A stretch of 64,000 nt of DNA from an uncultured delta proteobacterium (GTDB lineage Bacteria > Desulfobacterota > Binatia > Binatales > Binataceae). The notes under the pieces were generated by a model that was not told the origin of the DNA, ran no database searches, and worked only from the letters and a program-made list of their open reading frames with translations. Location: assembly GCA_963810495.1 (NCBI GenBank), contig CAWENP010000027.1, positions 23,139 to 87,138 of the forward strand. The letters run 5' to 3'. The position numbers and the translations under genes are program-made. Numbering within the stretch: the stretch's first letter is position 1; each line of letters starts with the position of its first letter. Below, piece after piece: positions 27,630 to 37,688 of this stretch.

Positions 27630-29468
27630 ATGGAAATCGCGCAGGAAGAAAAACTGGGCCGCGTGTACGATCGGCGGCTGCTCAAGTGGGTGTGGAGTTA
27701 CGTTCACCCTTACCGGCGCATGTTCTTTCTGTCCGTGGTGCTGATGCCGCTGAACACGCTATTCGCGCTCGCCCAGCCCTACGTCTGGAAACTCACGATC
27801 GATCTGTTCCTGACCCACAACCGCGCCGCGCCGCCAGGATGGCTGCGGCCGGTGCTTGAGGCTTTCGGCTCGCACGGACTGCTCGCGATGGGCTTCGTGT
27901 ACCTGTTGCTCGTGGCGGGCGAGTTCTCGAGCTTCTACGGACAGTTCTATCTGACCATGATGGTCGCGCAGTACAGCCTCTCGGACCTGCGGATGGCGCT
28001 GTTCAAGCACGTCGAGAGGCTGCCGATGTCATTTTTCGACCGTACGCCGACGGGCAGGCTGGTCAGCCGGATGACCACCGATATCGACGCGATCAACGAG
28101 ATGTTCAGCGCGGGCTCGCTCACGATGTTCATGGACGTGCTGACGATGCTGGGAATCGTCGCGATCATGTTCGCCTTCAACGCGCGCCTGGCGATGTGGG
28201 CAATGTGCGCGGTGCCGCCGCTGCTGCTCATCCTGAATTTCTTCGGCAGCCGCGCCCGCGTGGTTTACCGGGAGATCCGCGAACGGCTGGCCGCACTCAA
28301 TGCCTACCTGGCCGAGGCGCTGGCCGGGATGACGGTGGTTCAGCTTTTCACGCGCGAGAAGCGGAGCCGCGAGGAGTTCGACGCGCTCAACCTCAAGAGC
28401 CGCGACGCCCAGATGGTCGCCAACGTTTACGAGGCCGGCGTCTTTTCGTCGGTCGAGTCGCTCAGTTCGGCGACTATCGGGATTATTTTGTGGGCCGGCG
28501 GCAGCGAGGCCATTCGCCGGGTGATAACGCTGGGCACGCTGGTCGCTTTTATCGACTATGCGCAAAAATTCTTCTTGCCGCTGCGCGACATCTCGAGCAA
28601 GTACACCACCCTCCAGTCGGCGCTCGCAGCGATGGAGCGGATCGAGGCGCTGATGGAGACGCCGGCGTCGATCGCGAGCCCGCCAGCGCCGCGCCAGCCG
28701 AGCCCCGTGCGCGGCGAGATCGTCTTCGATCACGTCGGCTTCGCCTACCGCGCGGGCGAGCCGGTGCTGCGCGATTTGAGCTTCACCGTCGAGCCGGGGC
28801 GCAAAATTGCGATCGTTGGCGCGACCGGCTCCGGCAAATCCACCATCATCAAACTGCTGACGCGCTTCTACGATGTCAGCGCCGGGCGCATCCTGGTCGA
28901 CGGCGTGGACGTGCGCGAGTGGGACCTCACGGCGCTCCGCCGCGCGATCGGCCTGGTGCAGCAGGACGTTTTCCTCTTCGCCGGCGATGTTTTCGACAAC
29001 GTCCGCCTCGCCCGCACCGACCTTGGCGAGGCCGAGGTGCGCCAGGCGCTCCGGCGCGCGCAGGCCCTGGACTTCGTCGAGCGGCTGCCCGGCGGCCTGC
29101 ACGAGGAAATCCGCGAGCGCGGCGCCAATCTCTCCTCCGGCCAGCGCCAACTACTCTCGTTCGCTCGCGCACTCGCCTATGATCCGCGTGTGCTGGTGAT
29201 GGACGAGGCAACCTCCAGCGTCGACAGCGAAACCGAGTCGCTGGTGCAGCGCGCGCTCGACGAGCTGCTCAAGAATCGCACCGCGCTGGTGATCGCGCAT
29301 CGCCTCTCCACCATCGAGCGCGCCGACCGCATCCTGGTGCTGAGCCAGGGCGCGCTGCGCGAGAGCGGCACGCACGCGGAGCTGCTCGCCCGCCGCGGCC
29401 TGTATCACCGGCTATTCGAGCTGCAATATGCGACCGCAGCCGAGCCCACTCGCCAGGCCGCGGACTGA
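27630..29468 (+). CDS. Type IV ABC exporter half-transporter, heterodimer partner
   Basis: GATGSGKST, degenerate signature LSSGQRQ, MDEATSSVD, IAHRLST; MdlAB/YheIH-like pair. Confidence 0.93.
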   Translation: MEIAQEEKLGRVYDRRLLKWVWSYVHPYRRMFFLSVVLMPLNTLFALAQPYVWKLTIDLFLTHNRAAPPGWLRPVLEAFGSHGLLAMGFVYLLLVAGEFSSFYGQFYLTMMVAQYSLSDLRMALFKHVERLPMSFFDRTPTGRLVSRMTTDIDAINEMFSAGSLTMFMDVLTMLGIVAIMFAFNARLAMWAMCAVPPLLLILNFFGSRARVVYREIRERLAALNAYLAEALAGMTVVQLFTREKRSREEFDALNLKSRDAQMVANVYEAGVFSSVESLSSATIGIILWAGGSEAIRRVITLGTLVAFIDYAQKFFLPLRDISSKYTTLQSALAAMERIEALMETPASIASPPAPRQPSPVRGEIVFDHVGFAYRAGEPVLRDLSFTVEPGRKIAIVGATGSGKSTIIKLLTRFYDVSAGRILVDGVDVREWDLTALRRAIGLVQQDVFLFAGDVFDNVRLARTDLGEAEVRQALRRAQALDFVERLPGGLHEEIRERGANLSSGQRQLLSFARALAYDPRVLVMDEATSSVDSETESLVQRALDELLKNRTALVIAHRLSTIERADRILVLSQGALRESGTHAELLARRGLYHRLFELQYATAAEPTRQAAD

Positions 29469-29489
29469 GAAGTTGGGGCCGCCCTCGCA

Positions 29490-30623
29490 ATGCGCGCGCT
29501 CGCCCTCGCGATCATACTGACTTTAAGCGCCGGCGCGCTTGCCGGATGCGAAGCCGGGTATATCGGACACGCGGCTTACGAAGAGGGCTGCCTGCTGTGG
29601 CGCCGAAAGCCGATCGACACCGTGCTCGCGCGCGGCGACCTGCCACCCGAGGCCCGCGCCAAGCTCGAAACCGTGCTCAAGGTGCGCGAGTTCGCGGGCG
29701 ACCGTCTGGGGCTCAATGTCGGCCAGGCTTACGCCAGCGTCTCCGAGGTCGATAAGGGAGCGATCGCATGGGTCGTGATGGCAGCGCCGCGCGACTCGCT
29801 CGAGCCCTATACCTGGTGGTTCCCGATCGTCGGCCGAATCCCCTATCGCGGCTACTTCAACAAGGATCACGCCGACGCCGAAGCCGCCGAGATGGAGCAG
29901 CGCGGGTATGACACGATGGTGCGGCCGGCGGTGGCGTTCTCGAGCCTCGGATTTTTCAACGACCCGCTGCTCTCCAACCTGCTGCGGCTTAGCCGCGTCG
30001 AGCTGGCCGGCGTGATCATCCACGAGCTGTTCCATCGCACCTACTTCCTCGCGAGCGACGTGATGTTCGACGAGTCGGCGGCGACCTACGTCGGCAGCTC
30101 GGGCGCAGTCAAGTTCTTTGAGGCGTCCGAGGGGCCCGGCTCCGCCGACGCCGAGGCCGCGCGCGGGGTGCTCGACGCCGATCTGAAGTTTGGGCGTTTT
30201 TTGAATGACGAGGCGGCGCGCCTGCTCCAGCTCTATCAGAGCGGGCTACCGCGCGAGGAGATCTTAAAGCGCCGCGTGACCATCTTCGCCAGCATCAACG
30301 CCGACTACGCGCAACTCAAGCCGCATCTGTCGGGACTGGAACGCTTCGATCTCGACAAGGAACCGGTCAACAACGCAGTGCTAATCAACTACCTGATCTA
30401 TTTTCACGACCTCGACACTTTCGCCAAACTCGAGCACATCTATGGCGGCAACCTGCACGACACCATCAAGGCGATAATCGCGCTGGCCGAGTCGGACCGC
30501 GACAATCCTTTCGATCCGATCGAGCGGATGGCCCGCGCCGGCGCGCTGCCCGCCTCCGCGCGAGCCGCCGAGCCACAATCGACGCCCAGCCGCGCGCCGT
30601 CTCCGGCGCCTGCTGGTCCGTAG
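29490..30623 (+). CDS. Putative zinc aminopeptidase lipoprotein (DUF2265-like)
   Basis: Lipobox LAGC, WWFPIVG..PYRGYF, HELFH...DESAA zinc motif. Confidence 0.8.
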   Translation: MRALALAIILTLSAGALAGCEAGYIGHAAYEEGCLLWRRKPIDTVLARGDLPPEARAKLETVLKVREFAGDRLGLNVGQAYASVSEVDKGAIAWVVMAAPRDSLEPYTWWFPIVGRIPYRGYFNKDHADAEAAEMEQRGYDTMVRPAVAFSSLGFFNDPLLSNLLRLSRVELAGVIIHELFHRTYFLASDVMFDESAATYVGSSGAVKFFEASEGPGSADAEAARGVLDADLKFGRFLNDEAARLLQLYQSGLPREEILKRRVTIFASINADYAQLKPHLSGLERFDLDKEPVNNAVLINYLIYFHDLDTFAKLEHIYGGNLHDTIKAIIALAESDRDNPFDPIERMARAGALPASARAAEPQSTPSRAPSPAPAGP

Positions 30624-30790
30624 GTCTCGCTGGAGATCTTGCTTCTGACCTCCTCCGTCATCGTCCTGGGAAGAAGTTTAAACTCAACTTGGCGTTGTAA
30701 GCAGCGTGGTGTTGTGTGCGAGTATGGGCCGCGATTCGGAATCGAAATCCCGGTTTCGGCGCGATACGCACAGGTGCGGGAAGGAAACAT

Positions 30791-31795
30791 ATGACAAGTA
30801 AGCGCTCGTGTTCGGCAATCAGTGCGATATTCGTGATGCTGATCTTCATTTTGTTGTCAGCTTCCACGAAAGCCGCGTCCGCAGATAACTCGAAGTTCCC
30901 GTTCGGATGCCCCGTAAAAGAGGGCTACGTCAATGTCACGGGCGGCAAGGTCTGGTACGAAATCGTGGGTAGCGGCGATGCGATACCATTGATCACGCTC
31001 CATGGCGGCCCCGGTTTCACCCATGATTACCTGGAACCGCTGGGCGCACTTTGCAAAGAAAGGCCGGTCGTTTTCTACGACCAACTCGGTGCGGGAAAAT
31101 CAGATCGTCCGCATGACAAGTCGCTGTGGACGGTCGAGCGTTTCGTCAAGGAACTCGCTGAACTCCGAACCGCGCTCGGCCTCAAGCGCGCCCACATCCT
31201 CGGACATTCGTCGGGAACCGTGCTGTTGACCGATTACGCACTAACCCAGCCTCAGGGCGTCGTAAGCCTGATTTTCTCCGACCCGCTGTGCTCGTACCCC
31301 GAATGGTCGAAAGACGCGGCCACCTATCGCAAAGAGCTTCCTGACGACACGCGTGCCATCCTGGACCGCCACGAGGCGTCCGGATACACCGATTGCCCCG
31401 AGTACCAAGGCGCCCTTGTCCAATACTACAAGCTGCACGTGTGCAGGCTCCCGGTATGGCCCGACTCTCTCGAACGTTCGTTCGCCGGACACAATGACGA
31501 GATCTACGTCACCATGCAGGGTGCCAATGAGTTCTCATGCACTGGAAACCTGAAGGACTGGGATCGGACCGCGCGTCTGAAGGAAATCAAAACTCCCTCA
31601 CTCTACATCGCGGGCGCCTTGGGAAGTGAGACCAGTGTGCGTGCGACCACGCTATGCCACAAGGCGCTGCCCGGCTCGGAGATGGTCATCTTTCAAGAGA
31701 GTTCACACATGCCGATCTACGAAGAGCCGCACAAATACCTGAAGGTGGTGCGCGATTTCATTAACCGCGCGGAGCATCGCGCGCCCGCACCTTAA
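30791..31795 (+). CDS. Proline iminopeptidase-family alpha/beta hydrolase with signal peptide
   Basis: LHGGPG, YDQLGAGKS, GHSSG, SSHMP; RBS AAGGA before ATG 30791. Confidence 0.85.
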   Translation: MTSKRSCSAISAIFVMLIFILLSASTKAASADNSKFPFGCPVKEGYVNVTGGKVWYEIVGSGDAIPLITLHGGPGFTHDYLEPLGALCKERPVVFYDQLGAGKSDRPHDKSLWTVERFVKELAELRTALGLKRAHILGHSSGTVLLTDYALTQPQGVVSLIFSDPLCSYPEWSKDAATYRKELPDDTRAILDRHEASGYTDCPEYQGALVQYYKLHVCRLPVWPDSLERSFAGHNDEIYVTMQGANEFSCTGNLKDWDRTARLKEIKTPSLYIAGALGSETSVRATTLCHKALPGSEMVIFQESSHMPIYEEPHKYLKVVRDFINRAEHRAPAP

Positions 31796-31823
31796 GTTTG
31801 ATGGCCGAGAAGAGCGGTCATCG

Positions 31824-32402
31824 TTACAACACGGTCGAGAGGAAAAGCGCGGCGCCGCATACTCCAACCGCTATCGAGCCGTACCAGACCAGACGCACCC
31901 GGGTGAGCGCCGCCACCGCGCCAAGCGCGATCGCCACCTGGAACAGCGCGACGCTATTGGCGAACCGATGATGCAGATGCATCAGATGGTCGGCCTCGGC
32001 TGACTTGCCGTCGCGCTCACGCTCCTTGTCGTGGGCGACCCGTGCAAGGTCGGCTTGTTCGCGCGCGTAACGCTGGCGTTCTTCGCTGAACGACGCGGGA
32101 GGCTGTTTGCCGAGCGCGAGCCACGCCGACTCGGACGCCTGCTGGATCGCGGACTTGATTCCCTTCGCCTGATAGGCCGCCCACTGGTCGGAAGCCTCGG
32201 CCTGGAGCCTGGTCGCTTCGGTTTTCATCACCAGCGCCTCGTTGACGGTTCCGCCCGCGCGCAATGCGGCCACCGCCGCCAGGGCCGCGAACAGCGCTGT
32301 GGTCAGCGCGATGGCCTTGAGCAGCGAGCCGCCCTCGCGCTCCAGCTCTTCGTGAATCTCTTCGTGCAGCTTGTCGGTATCGACTTCTATTTCTTCGGGC
32401 AC
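31824..32402 (-). CDS. DUF4337-like membrane protein
   Basis: 'IALTTALFA', 'ASDQWAAYQAKGIK', 'LFQVAIALGAVAALT'. Confidence 0.75.
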   Translation of the reverse strand: MPEEIEVDTDKLHEEIHEELEREGGSLLKAIALTTALFAALAAVAALRAGGTVNEALVMKTEATRLQAEASDQWAAYQAKGIKSAIQQASESAWLALGKQPPASFSEERQRYAREQADLARVAHDKERERDGKSAEADHLMHLHHRFANSVALFQVAIALGAVAALTRVRLVWYGSIAVGVCGAALFLSTVL

Positions 32403-32445
32403 GTACCTTCCCCCTGAAAGCCGATAGGAATCGCCGCGGCCTCCG

Positions 32446-33078
32446 CTAAAGCGTCGCGAGTTCCTCGACCAGCGCTGCGGTGATCTCGTGCTCGCGGCCG
32501 CCGAAGAAATGATCCGCGCCCGGGATGATCTTGAGCCGCGCCGAAGGTCCCAGCCGCTCGGCCAGCGCCGTCAGATGGTTCGCCGGACAATACGAATCAT
32601 GATCGCCGGCGAGCAGCACAATAGGCTTGGTAATCGCGCCGAGCGCCGACGGATCGATCATCCCGAGCGGCAGCGCGACGGCGACGATCGCCGCGACCTC
32701 CTCCACGCTCGCGGCCGCGCGCACCGCCGTCATCGCGCCGAACGAATAGCCGGCAAGCACCGCGCCGGCGGCGCGCACTCCCTTTTGCGCGATCAGAAAG
32801 CGGATCGCCGCGATCGCGTCGTCGGCCTCGCCCTTCCCGTTGTCGAACTCGCCCTCGCTCTGGCCGACGCCGCGAAAGTTGAAGCGCAAGGTCGCAAAGC
32901 CGCTCGCGTGCATCGCCTCCAGCACGGCGTCGACCACGTTGTTGTACATCGAGCCGCCGTAAAGCGGATGCGGATGGCAGACGACGGCCGCGCGATGCGG
33001 CCCGGCGCCGTCGGGATATGCGATCATGCCTTCCAGCGTGAGGTCGCCGGACTTGAACGTGACGCGCTCTTCTTTCAT
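32446..33078 (-). CDS. Alpha/beta hydrolase (COG2945-like)
   Basis: CHPHPLYGGSM, RFNFRGVG, GYSFG, GADHFF. Confidence 0.9.
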   Translation of the reverse strand: MKEERVTFKSGDLTLEGMIAYPDGAGPHRAAVVCHPHPLYGGSMYNNVVDAVLEAMHASGFATLRFNFRGVGQSEGEFDNGKGEADDAIAAIRFLIAQKGVRAAGAVLAGYSFGAMTAVRAAASVEEVAAIVAVALPLGMIDPSALGAITKPIVLLAGDHDSYCPANHLTALAERLGPSARLKIIPGADHFFGGREHEITAALVEELATL

Positions 33079-33218
33079 CGATCCATCCCTTGGAGTTTCG
33101 TCCTTGGAGTTTCAGGCCTTCTTTGACTTGAAGTATTACTTTAAGTGCCGTTGGATGCGGTTGCTGCCCTCGCCACGGTCCCGCTTCTCGACGCCCTGCT
33201 ATACTACATCGGCACGCG

Positions 33219-33698
33219 ATGGACGAATTGTTCAAATCGGATCCGGAATCGGCGCCAAAATTCGCTGCCGACCGGATGCTCGCGCGCCTGGCGCGATGGC
33301 TTAGGCTGCTCGGCGCCGACGTGCTCTTCGATCCGTCGCTGGGTGGCGACAAGCTGCTTAGACGGGCGCGCGCGGAAGGCCGCGTCACGCTGACCCGCGA
33401 CAAGCGTCTCCGCACCGCATCCGACGCGCTCTACCTCGAAAATAACCTGTTCCGCGATCAGCTTCGCGAAGTCCTTGCGCGGTTTCCGTTCGATCCACGC
33501 CGCGGAGCTTTCACCCGATGCTCGCACTGCAACGAGCCGCTCGCCGATGCCCGGCGCGATACGGTCGTGCGCCGCGTGCCGCCCTTCGTCTATGCGAGCC
33601 AGGAGCGCTTCTCCCGCTGCCCGCGATGCGGCCGAATCTACTGGGGCGCGACCCATCCCGAACGCATCCGTCGCGAGCTCGACTCGATGGGCCTGTAG
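33219..33698 (+). CDS. Mut7-C RNase domain protein
   Basis: DRMLARLARWLRLLGAD, LTRD, RCSHCN, CPRCGRIYWGATH. Confidence 0.88.
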   Translation: MDELFKSDPESAPKFAADRMLARLARWLRLLGADVLFDPSLGGDKLLRRARAEGRVTLTRDKRLRTASDALYLENNLFRDQLREVLARFPFDPRRGAFTRCSHCNEPLADARRDTVVRRVPPFVYASQERFSRCPRCGRIYWGATHPERIRRELDSMGL

Positions 33699-33800
33699 CC
33701 CGAGGCTCCGCGCGGCCCATGGCGCGGCCACCGCCCGCAAGGACGGCCGGCGATGCGCCACACCATGCGATCGCGGGCCGCCGATGCTAAAATCCACGCC

Positions 33801-34466
33801 ATGACGCCAGGCGGAAAATTTATCACCCTCGACGATAAGCTCTACAACTACATGCTCGCGCACGGGCACAACGACGATTCGGTGCTGCGCGACCTGATAC
33901 GGGAAACCCAGGAAAAGCTAGGACAGCGGGCCGGGATGCAAATCGCGCCCGAGCAGGGGACTTTTATGACGCTGCTCGCGCGAGCGATCGGCGCGCGGCG
34001 CGCGATCGAGGTCGGCACGTTTACCGGCTACAGCGCGATTTGTATCGCCCGCGGCCTCGCCGCGGACGGCAGCCTGCTCTGCTGCGACGTGAGCGAGGAA
34101 TGGACCGCGATCGCGCGGCGCTACTGGGAGAAGGCGGGTGTCGCCGGCAGAATAACGCTCAAGCTGGCGCCGGCGCTCGATACGCTGCGCGCGCTACCGT
34201 CCGGCGCGACTTTCGACTTCGCCTTCATCGACGCCGACAAGACCAACTATCGCCACTACTACGAGGAAGTGCTGCGCCGCACGCGCGCGGGCGGGTTGAT
34301 CCTGGTCGACAACGTGCTCTGGGACGGGGCAGTGCTGGATGAAAAGGATCAGACCGACGATACGAAGGCGATCCGCGCCTTCAACGATTTCGCGGTGACC
34401 GACAAGCGGGTGGAACTCGTGATGCTGCCGATCTCGGACGGTCTGACAATCGCGCGTAAGTTGTAG
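33801..34466 (+). CDS. Cation-dependent O-methyltransferase (CCoAOMT-like)
   Basis: MQIAPEQG, EVGTFTGYS, FIDADK, DNVLWDG, DGLT. Confidence 0.92.
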   Translation: MTPGGKFITLDDKLYNYMLAHGHNDDSVLRDLIRETQEKLGQRAGMQIAPEQGTFMTLLARAIGARRAIEVGTFTGYSAICIARGLAADGSLLCCDVSEEWTAIARRYWEKAGVAGRITLKLAPALDTLRALPSGATFDFAFIDADKTNYRHYYEEVLRRTRAGGLILVDNVLWDGAVLDEKDQTDDTKAIRAFNDFAVTDKRVELVMLPISDGLTIARKL

Positions 34467-34476
34467 CCGCGGAAAA

Positions 34477-35442
34477 TCAGCCGGCCAGTTCGCGGCGGAA
34501 CCAGTCCATCGCGAGCGCCGTTCCCTCACGTAGCGAGACCTTCGGCGTAACGCCAAGCAGCGTGCGCATCCTGGTATTGTCGGGCACGCGGCGCGGGATG
34601 TCCTCGTAGCTTTGGCCATAAACGTCGGCCTGGCTGACGAATTTGATCCTCGATTTGCCCGCACCGTAAAGCTCGATCATCAGGTTGGCGAACTCCAGCA
34701 CCGTGGTCTCGACGTCGGTGCCGATATTGATCGCCTGGCCGTCGGCCGCGGGGTTAATCCCGGCCGCGACCGTGGCGGCAACCGCGTCGGTGATGTAGGT
34801 GAAGCATCGGGTCTGCTTGCCGTCGCCGATCACGGTGAGGTCGGCGCCGCGCAGCAACTGGCCCATGAAGATCGTGAACAGGCGGCCGACGTCGACCCGA
34901 TCCAGCCGCGGCCCATAGATGTTGAAGTAGCGCACCACCGTCGCCGGCAGGCCGAGCTTGTGATAGGCGAAGCAGAAATGCTCGCCCACCGCCTTGGAGG
35001 TCGAGTAGCACCAGCGATCGATCGTGGTCGCGCCGAGCACGCGGTCGTCATCCTCTTTCCACGGCACCTTGGGATTGCGCCCGTAGACTTCGGAGGTCGA
35101 GCTGAAGACCAGGCGCCGTCCGTGCTTGTAGGCCGCCTTCAGCACATTCTGCGTGCCGTTGACGTTGACGTTGAGCGTCTCGTAAGGGTCGCCGACGTAG
35201 TGCTCGACGCCCACGACGGCGGCGAGATGGTAGATGAGGTCGGCCTTGGACACGAGGCTATCGATAAGCTCGAGGTTGAAGACCGTGTCATGGACGTAGT
35301 GGAAGCGTGGATTGTCGAGCAGGTGGCGCACCTTGGCGATCGCGCCGGTGTCGAGCACGAAAACCTCATCGCCGCGCGCGATGAACGCGTCGCTCAGATG
35401 CGAGCCCAAAAAGCCCGCGCCACCCGTAATCAAAACCCGCAT
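34477..35442 (-). CDS. NAD-dependent epimerase/decarboxylase resembling the ArnA C-terminal domain
   Basis: GGAGFLG, STSEVYG, RWCYSTSK, 'YGQSYEDIPRRVP'; downstream of the formyltransferase. Confidence 0.8.
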   Translation of the reverse strand: MRVLITGGAGFLGSHLSDAFIARGDEVFVLDTGAIAKVRHLLDNPRFHYVHDTVFNLELIDSLVSKADLIYHLAAVVGVEHYVGDPYETLNVNVNGTQNVLKAAYKHGRRLVFSSTSEVYGRNPKVPWKEDDDRVLGATTIDRWCYSTSKAVGEHFCFAYHKLGLPATVVRYFNIYGPRLDRVDVGRLFTIFMGQLLRGADLTVIGDGKQTRCFTYITDAVAATVAAGINPAADGQAINIGTDVETTVLEFANLMIELYGAGKSRIKFVSQADVYGQSYEDIPRRVPDNTRMRTLLGVTPKVSLREGTALAMDWFRRELAG

Positions 35443-35452
35443 GCTCCCTCCG

Positions 35453-36490
35453 CTATTCCAGTCGCGCGGCCGCGCGAGCGCCGCCGCCGTGCGAAAATTC
35501 AGACAAAATCTCAGACAAGACTTCAGCCGCAGCGCCTTCCGGCGCGCCGTCGAACTGCATCCGCGCGATCAACAGACTGCCCTCGCCCGCCGCGACTTCG
35601 ACCGCGCCGCCGCCGGCGGTTGACACGATCTCGCCCGGAGCGCCGCGCTGTCCTGCTTCGGCGGCGATCCTGCTTTCCCATACGAAGAGCTTGCGCCCGT
35701 TAAGCCAGCAGAACGCGCCCGGATAAGGATGCGTCACGGCGCGCACGAGGTTGAAGATGCGCCGCGCGGGCCATCGCCAATCGATTCGCCCGTCCTCGGG
35801 GCGGCGCCGTCCGAAGTAACTGCCGCGCGAAAGATCCTGCGCGCGACGTGGCGCGCGCCCGGCGACGATCAGCGGATGCATCTCGGTGAGCAGCGCGACG
35901 CCGAGCGGGACCAGTTTGCGGTACAGCGTAAGCGCCGTGTCGCTGTCGTCGATCGCGACCTCGCGCTGGCCCACGATATCGCCGGCGTCGGCGCGCGCGA
36001 CCATGTGATGCAACGTCACGCCGGCCTCGCGCTCGCCATTGACCAGCATCCAGTTGACCGGCGCGCGGCCGCGGTAGGCCGGCAGCAGCGAGCCGTGCAG
36101 GTTGTACGCGCCGAGCGGCGCCGTGCGCAGAATCGCATCGGGCAGCAGGTTGCGGTAGTAAAACGAATAGATGACCGCCGAGCGCATGGCGGCGATCCGC
36201 TCGATCCATGATTCTTCAAGGCGCTCAGGCGTGTAGACCGGCACGCCGCGGCTTCGTGCCAGGTCGGCGCACGAGCGCCACCAGATTTCCTCGTGCGAAT
36301 CATCTTCATGCGTGAACAGCGCCGCGACCGGTGCGCCCATCTTCAGCAGCGCCTCCATGCATCCGTAGCCCATCTCGTGGTAGGCGAACAGCAGGCATCG
36401 CGCGGCGCTCGGCGGCGCAGTGACGGCGTGAGGATTTTCAGCGGCCACGTTTTCTTCAGCGGCGCTCCGGCGAAGCGGATTCGTCGCCAT
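35453..36490 (-). CDS. Formyltransferase resembling the ArnA N-terminal domain
   Basis: FAYHEMG, FSFYYR-like 'YSFYYRNLL', NLHGSLLPAYRGRAPVNW, YFGRRRPEDG, PYPGAF. Confidence 0.88.
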   Translation of the reverse strand: MATNPLRRSAAEENVAAENPHAVTAPPSAARCLLFAYHEMGYGCMEALLKMGAPVAALFTHEDDSHEEIWWRSCADLARSRGVPVYTPERLEESWIERIAAMRSAVIYSFYYRNLLPDAILRTAPLGAYNLHGSLLPAYRGRAPVNWMLVNGEREAGVTLHHMVARADAGDIVGQREVAIDDSDTALTLYRKLVPLGVALLTEMHPLIVAGRAPRRAQDLSRGSYFGRRRPEDGRIDWRWPARRIFNLVRAVTHPYPGAFCWLNGRKLFVWESRIAAEAGQRGAPGEIVSTAGGGAVEVAAGEGSLLIARMQFDGAPEGAAAEVLSEILSEFSHGGGARAAARLE

Positions 36491-37463
36491 GCACGGCGCG
36501 CACGATATAGGTTGGTCGTTTGCGCACCTCCAGGTAGATGCGCCCGACGTACTCGCCGATCAGCCCCACGGCGAGCAGCACGAAGCCCAGCACCAGGAAG
36601 TTCAACGCGAACAAGGTCCACAGCGCGCCTTCCTGCTGCGGACCGTAGAGGATGCGATGGGCAAGGAGCACTAACACCAACAGCGCGTCGAGCACGAACA
36701 CCAGGATCCCGGCAACGCTCACCGCCTGAATCGGCATCAGCGAGAAGCCGGTGATGAGGTTGAGGCTCAGATGGGCGAGACGGAACAGGTTGTACCTGGA
36801 GCTGCCGCTCTGGCGCTCGTCGTGGCCCACCGGTATTTCGGCCACGCGCTTGGCGAACGAGTTGGCCAGCGCCGGGACGAAGGCGGCCTTCTCGTCGCAG
36901 GCGACGACGGTGTCGACGATGTGGCGGCGGTAAGCGCGCAGCATGCATCCATAGTCATGCATCGGCACGCCCACGATCATCGAGGTCACCCGATTTTGCA
37001 GGTTCGAGGCGAAGCGGCGATAGGCGAAGTCGTGGCGCACCTCGCGCCATCCGCCGACCACGTCGTTGCCTTCATCGATCGCGGCGAGCAGACGCGGAAT
37101 TTCCTCGGGCGGGTTCTGCAGGTCGGCGTCGAGCGTCACCACGATCTCGCCGCGGCACTGGCGAAAGCCCGCCAGGATGGCGGAGTGCTGGCCGAAGTTG
37201 CGCGCGAGTTCGATCACGCGCACCGCGCCGTGCGCGCTCGCGGCGATTTCGCGCAGGAGGTCGAGCGATTGGTCGGCCGAGCCGTCGTCGACGAACAAGA
37301 CTTCCCACGGCCGTCCGCACGCGCGCATCACCGGCTCCAGCCGGGCCCACAGCGAGTGCAGATTCGCGGCCTCGTTGTAGACCGGGACCACGACCGACAC
37401 GAGCGATCTGTCCGCCGCCGTCGCCGGCTCGCGAATCGGGGCTATCTTTTCGGCTGAGCTCAA
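36456..37463 (-). CDS. arnC: Undecaprenyl-phosphate (Ara4FN) glycosyltransferase ArnC-like
   Basis: PVYNE, DDGS, RNFGQHSA, DADLQNPPEEI, DYGCMLRAYRR, GEYVGRIY; start approximate (TTG 37463). Confidence 0.82.
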   Translation of the reverse strand: MSSAEKIAPIREPATAADRSLVSVVVPVYNEAANLHSLWARLEPVMRACGRPWEVLFVDDGSADQSLDLLREIAASAHGAVRVIELARNFGQHSAILAGFRQCRGEIVVTLDADLQNPPEEIPRLLAAIDEGNDVVGGWREVRHDFAYRRFASNLQNRVTSMIVGVPMHDYGCMLRAYRRHIVDTVVACDEKAAFVPALANSFAKRVAEIPVGHDERQSGSSRYNLFRLAHLSLNLITGFSLMPIQAVSVAGILVFVLDALLVLVLLAHRILYGPQQEGALWTLFALNFLVLGFVLLAVGLIGEYVGRIYLEVRKRPTYIVRAVHGDESASPERR

Positions 37464-37688
37464 ATTTTCCCGTAAGTGACGCAGCGCGACTCCGTTCGGC
37501 ACAAAACGACCGGATGCTGCGTCGTGCGCAATTGTTGCAAACGACCCCGTGAAGTTAAAGACGATACCGCGCCGGAGAATCGACGGAAAGAGGCCCACTT
37601 TCGCGACGATTCCTCGGAGATGTCTCGCGCGTTGCGGCAGGGGGCGGCGGTTGACGGCGCACGCCATCGCCCGCAGACTCTTGCGATC

